DNA of 35,251 nucleotides from Phycisphaerae bacterium (lineage in GTDB: Bacteria; Planctomycetota; Phycisphaerae; SM23-33), in assembly GCA_022866005.1 (NCBI GenBank), contig JALHTV010000031.1, positions 1 to 35,251 on the forward strand, given 5' to 3'. Below the pieces are notes generated by a model, which saw only the letters and a list, made by a program, of their open reading frames with translations, made no database searches and was not told where the DNA came from. Shown piece after piece: positions 25,074-31,901 of this stretch (positions within the stretch are counted from its first letter, which is position 1; each line of letters starts with the position of its first letter). Both the position numbers and the translations under genes were made by a program.

Positions 25074-25078
25074 GAATG

Positions 25079-25327
25079 TCATTCCACGATCACCTCGTCC
25101 AGCCACCATTGCAGTTCCTTGCTGGAGAAGTGCACCAGGTACGTCTGCCCGCCGCTCTGGAGGCTGTAGTGCAGCTCGTACAGGTCGCCGTGCCGATCGA
25201 CCCAGTGGGCGTTGACGGCCTCGACGGGATAGGTCCTGCCGTTCCAGCGGAAACGCACGGGCCTAGCCGACCCGCCGGAAAACGCCACCAGCACGGCCAG
25301 GGGCTCTTGGATCTTCTCGATGTTCAT
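25079..25327 (-). CDS. small conserved-looking hypothetical protein (82 aa) heading the polymerase cassette
   Basis: ATG at 25327. Third-position G/C bias is strong throughout, like bona fide genes in this window. Sequence is MNIEKIQEPLAVLVAFSGGSARPVRFRWNGRTYPVEAVNAHWVDRHGDLYELHYSLQSGGQTYLVHFSSKELQWWLDEVIVE (beta-rich, W/R-rich). No SD seen. Confidence 0.6.
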   Translation of the reverse strand: MNIEKIQEPLAVLVAFSGGSARPVRFRWNGRTYPVEAVNAHWVDRHGDLYELHYSLQSGGQTYLVHFSSKELQWWLDEVIVE

Positions 25328-25442
25328 CGCAGTATCGAATGGGGCGGATGCCGACAGTCCTCCAGGAGGTCGTCTGTCGTAACTCCCGCAAACTCATGCA
25401 CATAAAACTCTATTTACCCAAGCCTGCGGGTCGCCTTGGCTA

Positions 25443-25479
25443 CCTAACAATATCCTAACATACATGCCGGGGCAGTCAA
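25443..25479 (-). promoter_or_regulatory. candidate promoter of the cassette, with a direct repeat over the -10
   Basis: On the minus strand: TTGACT (25479-25474), a 16-nt spacer, then TAGGAT (25457-25452). The plus-strand direct repeat CCTAACA (25443-25449 and 25454-25460, 11-nt period, i.e. TAAC-N7-TAAC) overlaps the -10. Confidence 0.4.
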
Positions 25480-25703
25480 GAGGGCAAGCGCGAAATTTTC
25501 GTTGGTCAGCTTCCGCCGTGTCCTGGTCGGGAGCATGCCGGCGGGCGTGTTGGCGGACGGTTAAGACTTTCCTTGCACCGTCTGCTTATGTACCGCCCGC
25601 GCCGCTCCGATAAATCTGCGGGCGACGCGTTCTGGTTTCGGTCGGCGGCGCCCCGGGGCGGATAGGCAGACCGGACGGGCATCTTCAGGCGAAGGGCGCA
25701 CGA

Positions 25704-26006
25704 ATGGTCAGGATCGAGGGTGAGTGGGTAGAGTTCAGCTTCTTTAGGCCGACGGCACAGCAGGTTCATCTGGCAGGGGACTTCAACAATTGGCGGAGGG
25801 GCGAGCTTCCGATGGTCCGCAGCAGGCACGGCTATTGGACTGCGCGGATGCGTCTGCCGGCGGGGGAGTTCTAGTTCCGCTACTGTGCGGACGGGGAGTG
25901 GTTCACGGACTTTGCGGCCTTCGGCGTCGAGCCCGGCCGGTTCGGGCTGGACAGCATCGTCCGCGTGCCTGCCCCGGCGGCTCAGCGTCCTGCGGCCGCC
26001 GCCTGA
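25704..26006 (+). pseudogene. CBM48/AMPK-beta glycogen-binding-domain-like small protein interrupted by an in-frame TAG
   Basis: Hand translation from ATG 25704: MVRIEGEWVEFSFFRPTAQQVHLAGDFNNWRRGELPMVRSRHGYWTARMRLPAGEF*FRYCADGEWFTDFAAFGVEPGRFGLDSIVRVPAPAAQRPAAAA, then TGA at 26004-26006. The TAG at 25872-25874 sits inside the conserved G-x-Y/F-x-Y/F-R/K-F/Y-x-x-DG-x-W block, and the same frame continues on both sides. Confidence 0.6.
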
Positions 26007-26079
26007 GACGGCGGCATGTCTCACCGGCCCAGGGACCGCACGGAACCCTTGGTCCCAGCCGGCCAGGCGAAACACTCAT

Positions 26080-26104
26080 AGGGCTCCGCAAGGGGCCCTT
26101 TTTT
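26080..26104 (+). terminator. rho-independent terminator downstream of the CBM48-like gene
   Basis: AGGGCTCC (26080-26087), GCAA tetraloop, GGGGCCCT (26092-26099). This is an 8-bp stem with one G-U pair, followed by TTTTT (26100-26104). Confidence 0.65.
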
Positions 26105-26190
26105 CTGCGCTGCGATGCGCCCAGTGAGTTCCTCATCGCGTAGGGGCATTGGCGCGTCTTCGGGGCGGTGGGCACTGACGGTGCGATCCC

Positions 26191-27897
26191 GTGCGCGACT
26201 GCTGGCGGAGCGGGCGGGGAGCCGATAGGCTGTCAGGGCCAGTGGACGGTGAGGCACATCGCGAGCGGGAGCACTTCTTCAGCGGGGCGAAGACGATCGC
26301 CTCGGTGACGCTGCTGTCGCGCATTTTTGGGCTGGTCCGCGACATGGCCATCACCCAGATCGGCGCGACGCGCGTAACCGACGCCTTCGCTCTTGCCAGC
26401 AAGGTCCCCAACCTGTTCCGGCGGCTTTTTGGCGAGGGGGCGCTGTCGGCGGCCTTTGTGCCGGTATTCACCGAGACGGTCGAGACGCACGGCGTCGATC
26501 GCGGGCGGGTGCTCCTGGCCAACGCCCTGGGGCTGCTGACGATCTTCCTGGCGGGCCTGCTGGTCCTCGCTGGGGCGGGCCTGGCCGTGTGGGGCCTGGT
26601 GTTTCCGGGCAACTGGGACCGCCAGCTCGTCCTGGGGCTGCTGGGCGTGATGCTGCCGTTCACCCTGACGGTGTGCCTGCTGGCGCTGGGGTCGGCGGCG
26701 CTGAACTGCCGGGGGCACTTCGCCTACCCCGCCTTCGCCCCGATCCTGCTGAACGTCTTCATGATTGCCGCAGCCGTGCTGGCCCCACGCGTGCTTGCGG
26801 GCAACGTGCCGGGCCAGCTTTACCTCATCGCCGCCAGCGTGTCGGTCGCGGGGGTGGTTCAATTGGCGGGGGCGCTGTGGGTGCTGCGGCGGGCCGGTTT
26901 CAGCGTCCGGCCGGTGCTGCGCCCCGTGCAGCCGGGCATCGCCACGATGCTCAAGACGATGCTTCCCATGGTCCTGGGGCTGGGGTTCCTCCAGTTGTCG
27001 GAGGTCCTCAACGACCTGATCGCCTGGACGCTCACCGCCACCGCCCACAGCCCGACGCTGACGCTGTTAGGCCACGAGATCCGCAAGCCCCTGGGCGAGG
27101 GCGTGCTGATGCGCGTCTACGCGGCCCAGCGGCTGTACCAGTTCCCCATGGGCGTGCTGGCCGTGTCGCTGGGGGTGGCGATCTTCCCGCTGCTGTCGCG
27201 GTACGCGGCGCGGGGTGACATGGCCAGCTTCCGCGAGAGCCTGAACCGCGCCCTGCGGGTGGCCATGATGGAAGGCCTGGCGGCGGGCACGGGGCTGTTC
27301 GTCCTGGCTGAGCCGATCGTGCGCGTGCTGTTCCGCAGGCGCCACTTCACCTCGGCCGACGCCGCCACGACGGCCTTCGTGCTCCAGATGTACGTGCTGG
27401 GCATGTGGGCCTACTGCACCTATCAGATGTTCGTGCGGGCGTTCTACTCGCTGAAGGACACCCTCACGCCGATGAAGACCGGCTGCGCGCTGGTCGTGCC
27501 GAACATGGTGCTGTTTGCCGGCTTGGTGTGGGTGGGCCCTCTGGGGCCGGGGGCGTTCGGGGTGGCGACGGCGGTGACCTTCGCAGCCAACACGTGCATC
27601 CTGGCGGCGTTGTTCCGCCGGCGGTTGGGGCGGTTCGGCGGAAGGAAGCTGGCGGTGTCGGTCCTGCGGTCGCTTGCGGCCTGTGCGGTGATGTGCGCGG
27701 TGATCTGGCCGATCCGCAGCGCGCTGTCGGGGCGGTCCGACCTGCTGATCGTGGGCCTGTGCGTGCCGGCGGGGGTGGTGGCGTTCGTGGGCGCGGTCTG
27801 GCTGCTGCGGGCGCCGGAGCTGGGCGAGCTGCTGGGCGCCGTCCGCGGCCGAGGCGCGGCGGGCCACAGCGCCAAGCGGAACGATGGGCCCGTATAA
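26191..27897 (+). CDS. murJ: lipid II flippase MurJ (MviN family)
   Basis: 568-aa multi-TM ORF. TLLSRIFGLVRDMAI ... FRRLFGEGALSAAFVPVF is the canonical MurJ N-terminal region. The start is uncertain: GTG at 26191, with an alternative in-frame GTG at 26242. Confidence 0.9.
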   Translation: MRDCWRSGRGADRLSGPVDGEAHREREHFFSGAKTIASVTLLSRIFGLVRDMAITQIGATRVTDAFALASKVPNLFRRLFGEGALSAAFVPVFTETVETHGVDRGRVLLANALGLLTIFLAGLLVLAGAGLAVWGLVFPGNWDRQLVLGLLGVMLPFTLTVCLLALGSAALNCRGHFAYPAFAPILLNVFMIAAAVLAPRVLAGNVPGQLYLIAASVSVAGVVQLAGALWVLRRAGFSVRPVLRPVQPGIATMLKTMLPMVLGLGFLQLSEVLNDLIAWTLTATAHSPTLTLLGHEIRKPLGEGVLMRVYAAQRLYQFPMGVLAVSLGVAIFPLLSRYAARGDMASFRESLNRALRVAMMEGLAAGTGLFVLAEPIVRVLFRRRHFTSADAATTAFVLQMYVLGMWAYCTYQMFVRAFYSLKDTLTPMKTGCALVVPNMVLFAGLVWVGPLGPGAFGVATAVTFAANTCILAALFRRRLGRFGGRKLAVSVLRSLAACAVMCAVIWPIRSALSGRSDLLIVGLCVPAGVVAFVGAVWLLRAPELGELLGAVRGRGAAGHSAKRNDGPV

Positions 27898-27923
27898 TGG
27901 GGCAGAAGGACTAGCGGTGCCCC

Positions 27924-28988
27924 ATGCAGTTGCAGATGCCATTGCCGCCCAAGTACACCGAGGCCGATGAGGACTGGCTCACCGAGCAGGTTCTCCACCG
28001 CAAGGAGCAGTTCGGCTCGGCCCTGTGCATCCTGGCCCACCACTATCAGGTCGATGCGATTGTGGACCTGGCCGACTTTGTCGGCGACAGCCTCAAGCTG
28101 TCCCAGCAGGCGGCCTCGCGCAGGGACGCCCGGTTCATCGTCTTCTGCGGGGTGCACTTCATGGCCGAGTCAGCCGACGTGCTCTCGGGGCCGGACCAGG
28201 CGGTGTGCCTGCCGCACCTGGCGGCCGGGTGCGCGATGGCCGACATGGCCGACGCAACGGACGTGAGCGCCGCGATGGAAGAGGTGCGCCGCCTGGCCGG
28301 CTGCCAAGTCGTGCCGGTGACGTACGTGAACTCTTCCGCCGAGGTCAAGGCCGTCACCGCCCGGGCCGGCGGGGCGAAGGTGTTCGCGATCCCCGATCAG
28401 CACCTGGGATGCAACACGGCCGCGGCCATGGGCTATGGCGACGACGCCTGTGTGGTCTACGACCCGCAGAAGCCCGAGGGCGGCCTGACGGCCGAAGAGG
28501 TCCGCCGGGCCACGTTCATCCTGTGGAATGGGTACTGCTACGTTCACCAGCTCTTCACGCCGCAGCACGTCCGCGCCGCCCGCGCCCGCCACAAGGACAT
28601 CCAGGTGATCGTCCACCCCGAGTGCCCGCGGGAGGTCGTGGCGTTATCCCAGGCCTCCGGCAGCACCGAGCAGATCATCCAGGCCGTGACCGCCGCCTCC
28701 AGCGGCAGTCGCTGGGCCGTGGGCACCGAGAGCCACCTGGTCAATCGCCTGGCCCGCCGTTGCGGGGACAAGTTCGTGCGAATCCTTTCCGACAGGCCCA
28801 GCCACTGCCTGATGATGGCGCGGATCGACCTGCCGCATCTCCTGTGGACCCTGGACAGCCTGGCCGAAGGCAGGATCGTGAACCGCGTGTCGGTTCCATC
28901 GCAGATCGCCGCCGACGCCAAGATCGCCCTGGAGCGCATGATCGCGACCAAGGCCGTCAAGGAAGCGACACGAACCAAGACCCAGTGA
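27924..28988 (+). CDS. nadA: quinolinate synthase NadA (with an unusually short central segment)
   Basis: 354-aa ORF with ILAHHYQ, ADFVGDSL, CGVHFMAESA, VTYVNSSAEVKA, PDQHLG, GYCYVHQ, IVHPEC and GSTEQI motifs. See the finding on the missing CTS(S/A)NA stretch. Confidence 0.85.
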   Translation: MQLQMPLPPKYTEADEDWLTEQVLHRKEQFGSALCILAHHYQVDAIVDLADFVGDSLKLSQQAASRRDARFIVFCGVHFMAESADVLSGPDQAVCLPHLAAGCAMADMADATDVSAAMEEVRRLAGCQVVPVTYVNSSAEVKAVTARAGGAKVFAIPDQHLGCNTAAAMGYGDDACVVYDPQKPEGGLTAEEVRRATFILWNGYCYVHQLFTPQHVRAARARHKDIQVIVHPECPREVVALSQASGSTEQIIQAVTAASSGSRWAVGTESHLVNRLARRCGDKFVRILSDRPSHCLMMARIDLPHLLWTLDSLAEGRIVNRVSVPSQIAADAKIALERMIATKAVKEATRTKTQ

Positions 28989-29093
28989 TTCGCACCACGA
29001 TGCCGCAGGCTGACCCCTTTGCCCCGCGCGCAGAAGCGCTGCTGCAAGCCCTAAGGACCGCCTCCAGCCCTCCAATCGCATCCGCCCGCGGCG

Positions 29094-29303
29094 CTACGCC
29101 TGAAGGCGGATGACGTTCTCGGCCTTAAGACCTTTGGGACCCTCCACCAGTTCAAACTCGACCTCTTCCCCCTCGCTCAACGTCCGGAAGCCCTCCGCCT
29201 TCACGGAGGAGTAGTGGACGAAGATGTCCTTATCTTGCCCTTCAATCTGGATGAAACCGTAGCCCTTCGTGTCGTTAAACCACTTCACTTTGCCCTTTGG
29301 CAT
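29094..29303 (-). CDS. cspA: cold-shock protein (CspA family)
   Basis: 69-aa [22 protein letters not shown] ... DIFVHYSS with RNP1/RNP2 motifs. GGGAGG SD upstream. Confidence 0.95.
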   Translation of the reverse strand: MPKGKVKWFNDTKGYGFIQIEGQDKDIFVHYSSVKAEGFRTLSEGEEVEFELVEGPKGLKAENVIRLQA

Positions 29304-29486
29304 GGATTTGCGCCTCCCTGAACACGGGATCCCAGGAGAAACGGCACGCTGGTTAACGTCGAGATGGCACGAACCTTCTATACAAACCCTTTCACGCTAC
29401 ACGGCACTACCTTTGCCGAAGACGTGCTCCCCTTTGCGACCGGTAAATTTCGGTGTGAGTCTACACCACAATGGCAGATTCTTCAA
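29304..29486 (-). promoter_or_regulatory. candidate csp promoter plus a long AT-richer 5' leader
   Basis: On the minus strand: TTGAAG (29486-29481), a 17-nt spacer, then TAGACT (29463-29458). This leaves a leader of roughly 150 nt before ATG 29303. The region is visibly lower in GC than the flanks. Long structured leaders are characteristic of cspA-type genes. Confidence 0.35.
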
Positions 29487-29589
29487 CAAGTTTTCCGATT
29501 TTCAAAGCGGCGGTTCGGGCTGCAACTGGCCGGCTTGCATGGAGCTATCGCAGAAAACGGTCGTCAGAACCATTCGCCCCCCGGCGGGC

Positions 29590-30873
29590 TCAGGCCAGCG
29601 GCTTGAGCACCCAGCCGGTGGTCAGCTTGGGGTAAAAGTAGGTGCTCTTGTGGGGCAGGGGCACCCCGGCCAGGGCGATGGTCTCCACGCTGGCAAGGGC
29701 CGTCCCTTGCAGACACACGGCCAACGACGCCCCGCCCGAGCGGCACGCCCCAACCGCCCCCGGCAGGCTGGCCGTGTATTCGATGCTCGTGGCCCTCGTC
29801 CGCCACGGCCGCAGGGCTGTGTCCACGATGAGCGTGTGCAGCACGGTCACGTCGAGCTGCCGCCAGGTGTCGGTCCGGTCCGGCGCCGCGCGGGCCATCG
29901 CGTCGGGGTCGATCAGCTTGCCCGCCCAGGCCTCCTTGGCGCCGGAGGGGATGAACACCATCGCCCCGGGGCCGAAGGGCCGCAGGAACGCGTCGGCGTC
30001 GTCCCCGGCCGGCAGCGCCACCTGGCGCCAGGAGAACTCCTTGGTGCCGGCCATCAGCGCCTGGAGGGTGAAGTCCCGGGCCAGGTTGCGGAGGATCCGG
30101 TGCGTCGGCAGGAGCAGCAGGCCGCTGTCTTCCCGGGCGACCAGGGCGAACATCACGAAGTGGGCCTCGTGGTCGGGGGGCAACTGCCCACCGGCGGCCA
30201 GGCCGTCGCGGTACTCCAGCGCGGTGGCGTAGCGGTGATGGCCGTCGGCGATGAGCACGGGCTCGTCGCGCAGCGCCGCAGCGAGGGCAGCGATGCGCTG
30301 CTCGTCGCGGATGGCCCACAGCGTCTCGCTCACCCCTCCGACCCGTCCGCGGCCGTCGGCCGGGCCGGACATCGCCTCGCTCAGCAGCCTGGCGGCCCGG
30401 CCGGTTGGATCGTGGTAGACGCCGAAAATCGGTGAAAGCTGCATCCGCGTGCACTGCGTCAGCCGCAGCCGGTCGGCCTTGGGGCCGGCGAAGGTGTGCT
30501 CGTGGGCGATCACGTCCTGCCCCAGTGCCGTCGCCCGCACCCCGGCCACCAGTGCCCGGCGGGTGTAGGTCTTGCCGGCCCAGGCGAAGGTCTGCTGGTA
30601 GGCGTAGACCACCGGGCGCTTCTCCTGCACCAATAACCCCTCCGCCTGCCACTCGGCCAGGCGCCGCGCGGCCTGCTGATAGACAGCCTGGGGCCCGACG
30701 CTGTTGGGCGGGACGTGCGGCAGGTCCACGGCCACGATGTTCCTCTGGGAGCGGGCGAGCAGCCTGTCCTTGTCCTCGGCCGAGAGGATGTCGTACGGCG
30801 GGGCCAGGTACGGACTAACGTCCACCACGCCGCCCACGCGGTATCGCCATCCACGAAACGGTCTGATCTCCAT
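29590..30873 (-). CDS. DUF1015 family protein
   Basis: 427-aa ORF. N-terminal MEIRPFRGWRY ... YLAPPYDILS and central LIADGHHRYATAL are hallmark DUF1015 strings. Confidence 0.85.
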   Translation of the reverse strand: MEIRPFRGWRYRVGGVVDVSPYLAPPYDILSAEDKDRLLARSQRNIVAVDLPHVPPNSVGPQAVYQQAARRLAEWQAEGLLVQEKRPVVYAYQQTFAWAGKTYTRRALVAGVRATALGQDVIAHEHTFAGPKADRLRLTQCTRMQLSPIFGVYHDPTGRAARLLSEAMSGPADGRGRVGGVSETLWAIRDEQRIAALAAALRDEPVLIADGHHRYATALEYRDGLAAGGQLPPDHEAHFVMFALVAREDSGLLLLPTHRILRNLARDFTLQALMAGTKEFSWRQVALPAGDDADAFLRPFGPGAMVFIPSGAKEAWAGKLIDPDAMARAAPDRTDTWRQLDVTVLHTLIVDTALRPWRTRATSIEYTASLPGAVGACRSGGASLAVCLQGTALASVETIALAGVPLPHKSTYFYPKLTTGWVLKPLA

Positions 30874-30932
30874 CTACTTTCCCTTGGCGGGCAGCGCCGC
30901 GCGAGCCTTGGCGGGATCGCCCCCCGGGTCTG

Positions 30933-31874
30933 TCACTTTCGCATGATGAAGAACGTCAATGCCATGATCTGGAGCACCGCGGCAATCTGCGCCCACAAGG
31001 CCGCCTGGGCCAATTGGTCGGTCGCCATCCGCCACATCGCCAGCAGCAGCCCCAGCAACGCCAGCACCTGCACGATGCCCGCGAGGACCTTGGCGATGTT
31101 GAAGTCCTCGTCCTTGGCCTGGGCGAGGTGCTTGACGTATCGCAAGATCTCCAGGCAGACCTGTTGCATGGCCACGGGCGCCACCGGCGGACGAGCGGCC
31201 GCGCGCGCGGGCACCTTGCCGGGCCTGGCGCCCGTGGCGGCGGGTTCCTGGTCGGCTGGGGCGGCGGGGGTCTCCGCCGGCGCGGCTGCCGGCGGGGGCG
31301 CTCCGCGGGCGCTCTCTCGCAGGATGATTCGCGCGGCCTCGACCATGTTGCGCGCGGTGAAGTCGGCCTGGACGTCTTCCTGCGCCACCTCGCCCGGGGG
31401 CGGCGAGGCTCCGGGCGGCAGGCGGATCGTGCGGCAGCCGGCGCGCTGGCCCGCCTCGACGTCCGGGGCGTCGTCACCCACCATCCAACTGGCCCGCAGG
31501 TCGATGTCCATGTCCTCCGCGGCCTTCAGCAGCATCCCCGGGCGCGGCTTGCGGAGTTCCGAGTCGATGGCGTAGCCTTCGACCGTCCCCTCGGGGTGGT
31601 AGGGGCAGTAGTAGATCGCATCCAGGTGAGCGCCCTTCTCCGCCAACTGGCGGCCCAGCTCGGCGTGGACCCGCGCCAGGGCCTCCTCGGTGATTAATCC
31701 CCGCGCGATGCCGGACTGATTGGTCACCAGGACGGTCTTGAACCCCGCGGCCGTCAGGCTCTTCATCGCCAGCTCCACCCCCGGTAGCAGCCTTACCGCG
31801 CGGGGGTCGCTCAGGTAGCCGGGGTCTTCTATCAGCGTATGATCCCGGTCAAGGAAGACGGCTCGGTTGGCCAT
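30933..31874 (-). CDS. gmhB: D-glycero-D-manno-heptose 1,7-bisphosphate phosphatase (GmhB, HAD-IIIA) fused to a Pro/Ala-rich linker and a two-helix membrane tail
   Basis: The N-terminal ~185 aa have AVFLDRDHTLI, VLVTNQSGIARG, YYCPYHPEG, RKPRPGM and WMVGDD, which are GmhB/HisB-N motifs. Then follows APPPAAAPAETPAAPADQEPAATGARPGKVPARAAARPPVAP, then two hydrophobic helices (VLAGIVQVLALLGLLLAMW, IAAVLQIMALTFFIM). Confidence 0.75.
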   Translation of the reverse strand: MANRAVFLDRDHTLIEDPGYLSDPRAVRLLPGVELAMKSLTAAGFKTVLVTNQSGIARGLITEEALARVHAELGRQLAEKGAHLDAIYYCPYHPEGTVEGYAIDSELRKPRPGMLLKAAEDMDIDLRASWMVGDDAPDVEAGQRAGCRTIRLPPGASPPPGEVAQEDVQADFTARNMVEAARIILRESARGAPPPAAAPAETPAAPADQEPAATGARPGKVPARAAARPPVAPVAMQQVCLEILRYVKHLAQAKDEDFNIAKVLAGIVQVLALLGLLLAMWRMATDQLAQAALWAQIAAVLQIMALTFFIMRK

Positions 31875-31901
31875 GGTCCTGGGTCTCCGGCTGTCCGACG
31901 C

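Noticed and set aside
25506-26075. 189-aa minus-strand ORF, plus the 117-aa and 80-aa plus-strand ORFs in other frames
   Set aside because: None has recognisable motifs. The only frame with a domain-like pattern (CBM48-like) is the unlisted plus-strand frame interrupted by TAG, and the others overlap it and the terminator.
29078-29111. CATCCGCC/GGCGGATG hairpin as the cspA terminator
   Set aside because: The 18-nt loop contains the cspA stop codon, so half of the stem is coding. No U-tract follows on either strand.
29364-29606. 80-aa plus-strand ORF in the cspA upstream region
   Set aside because: It lies antisense within the probable csp leader and promoter, lacks an SD and codon bias, and runs into the 3' end of the DUF1015 gene.
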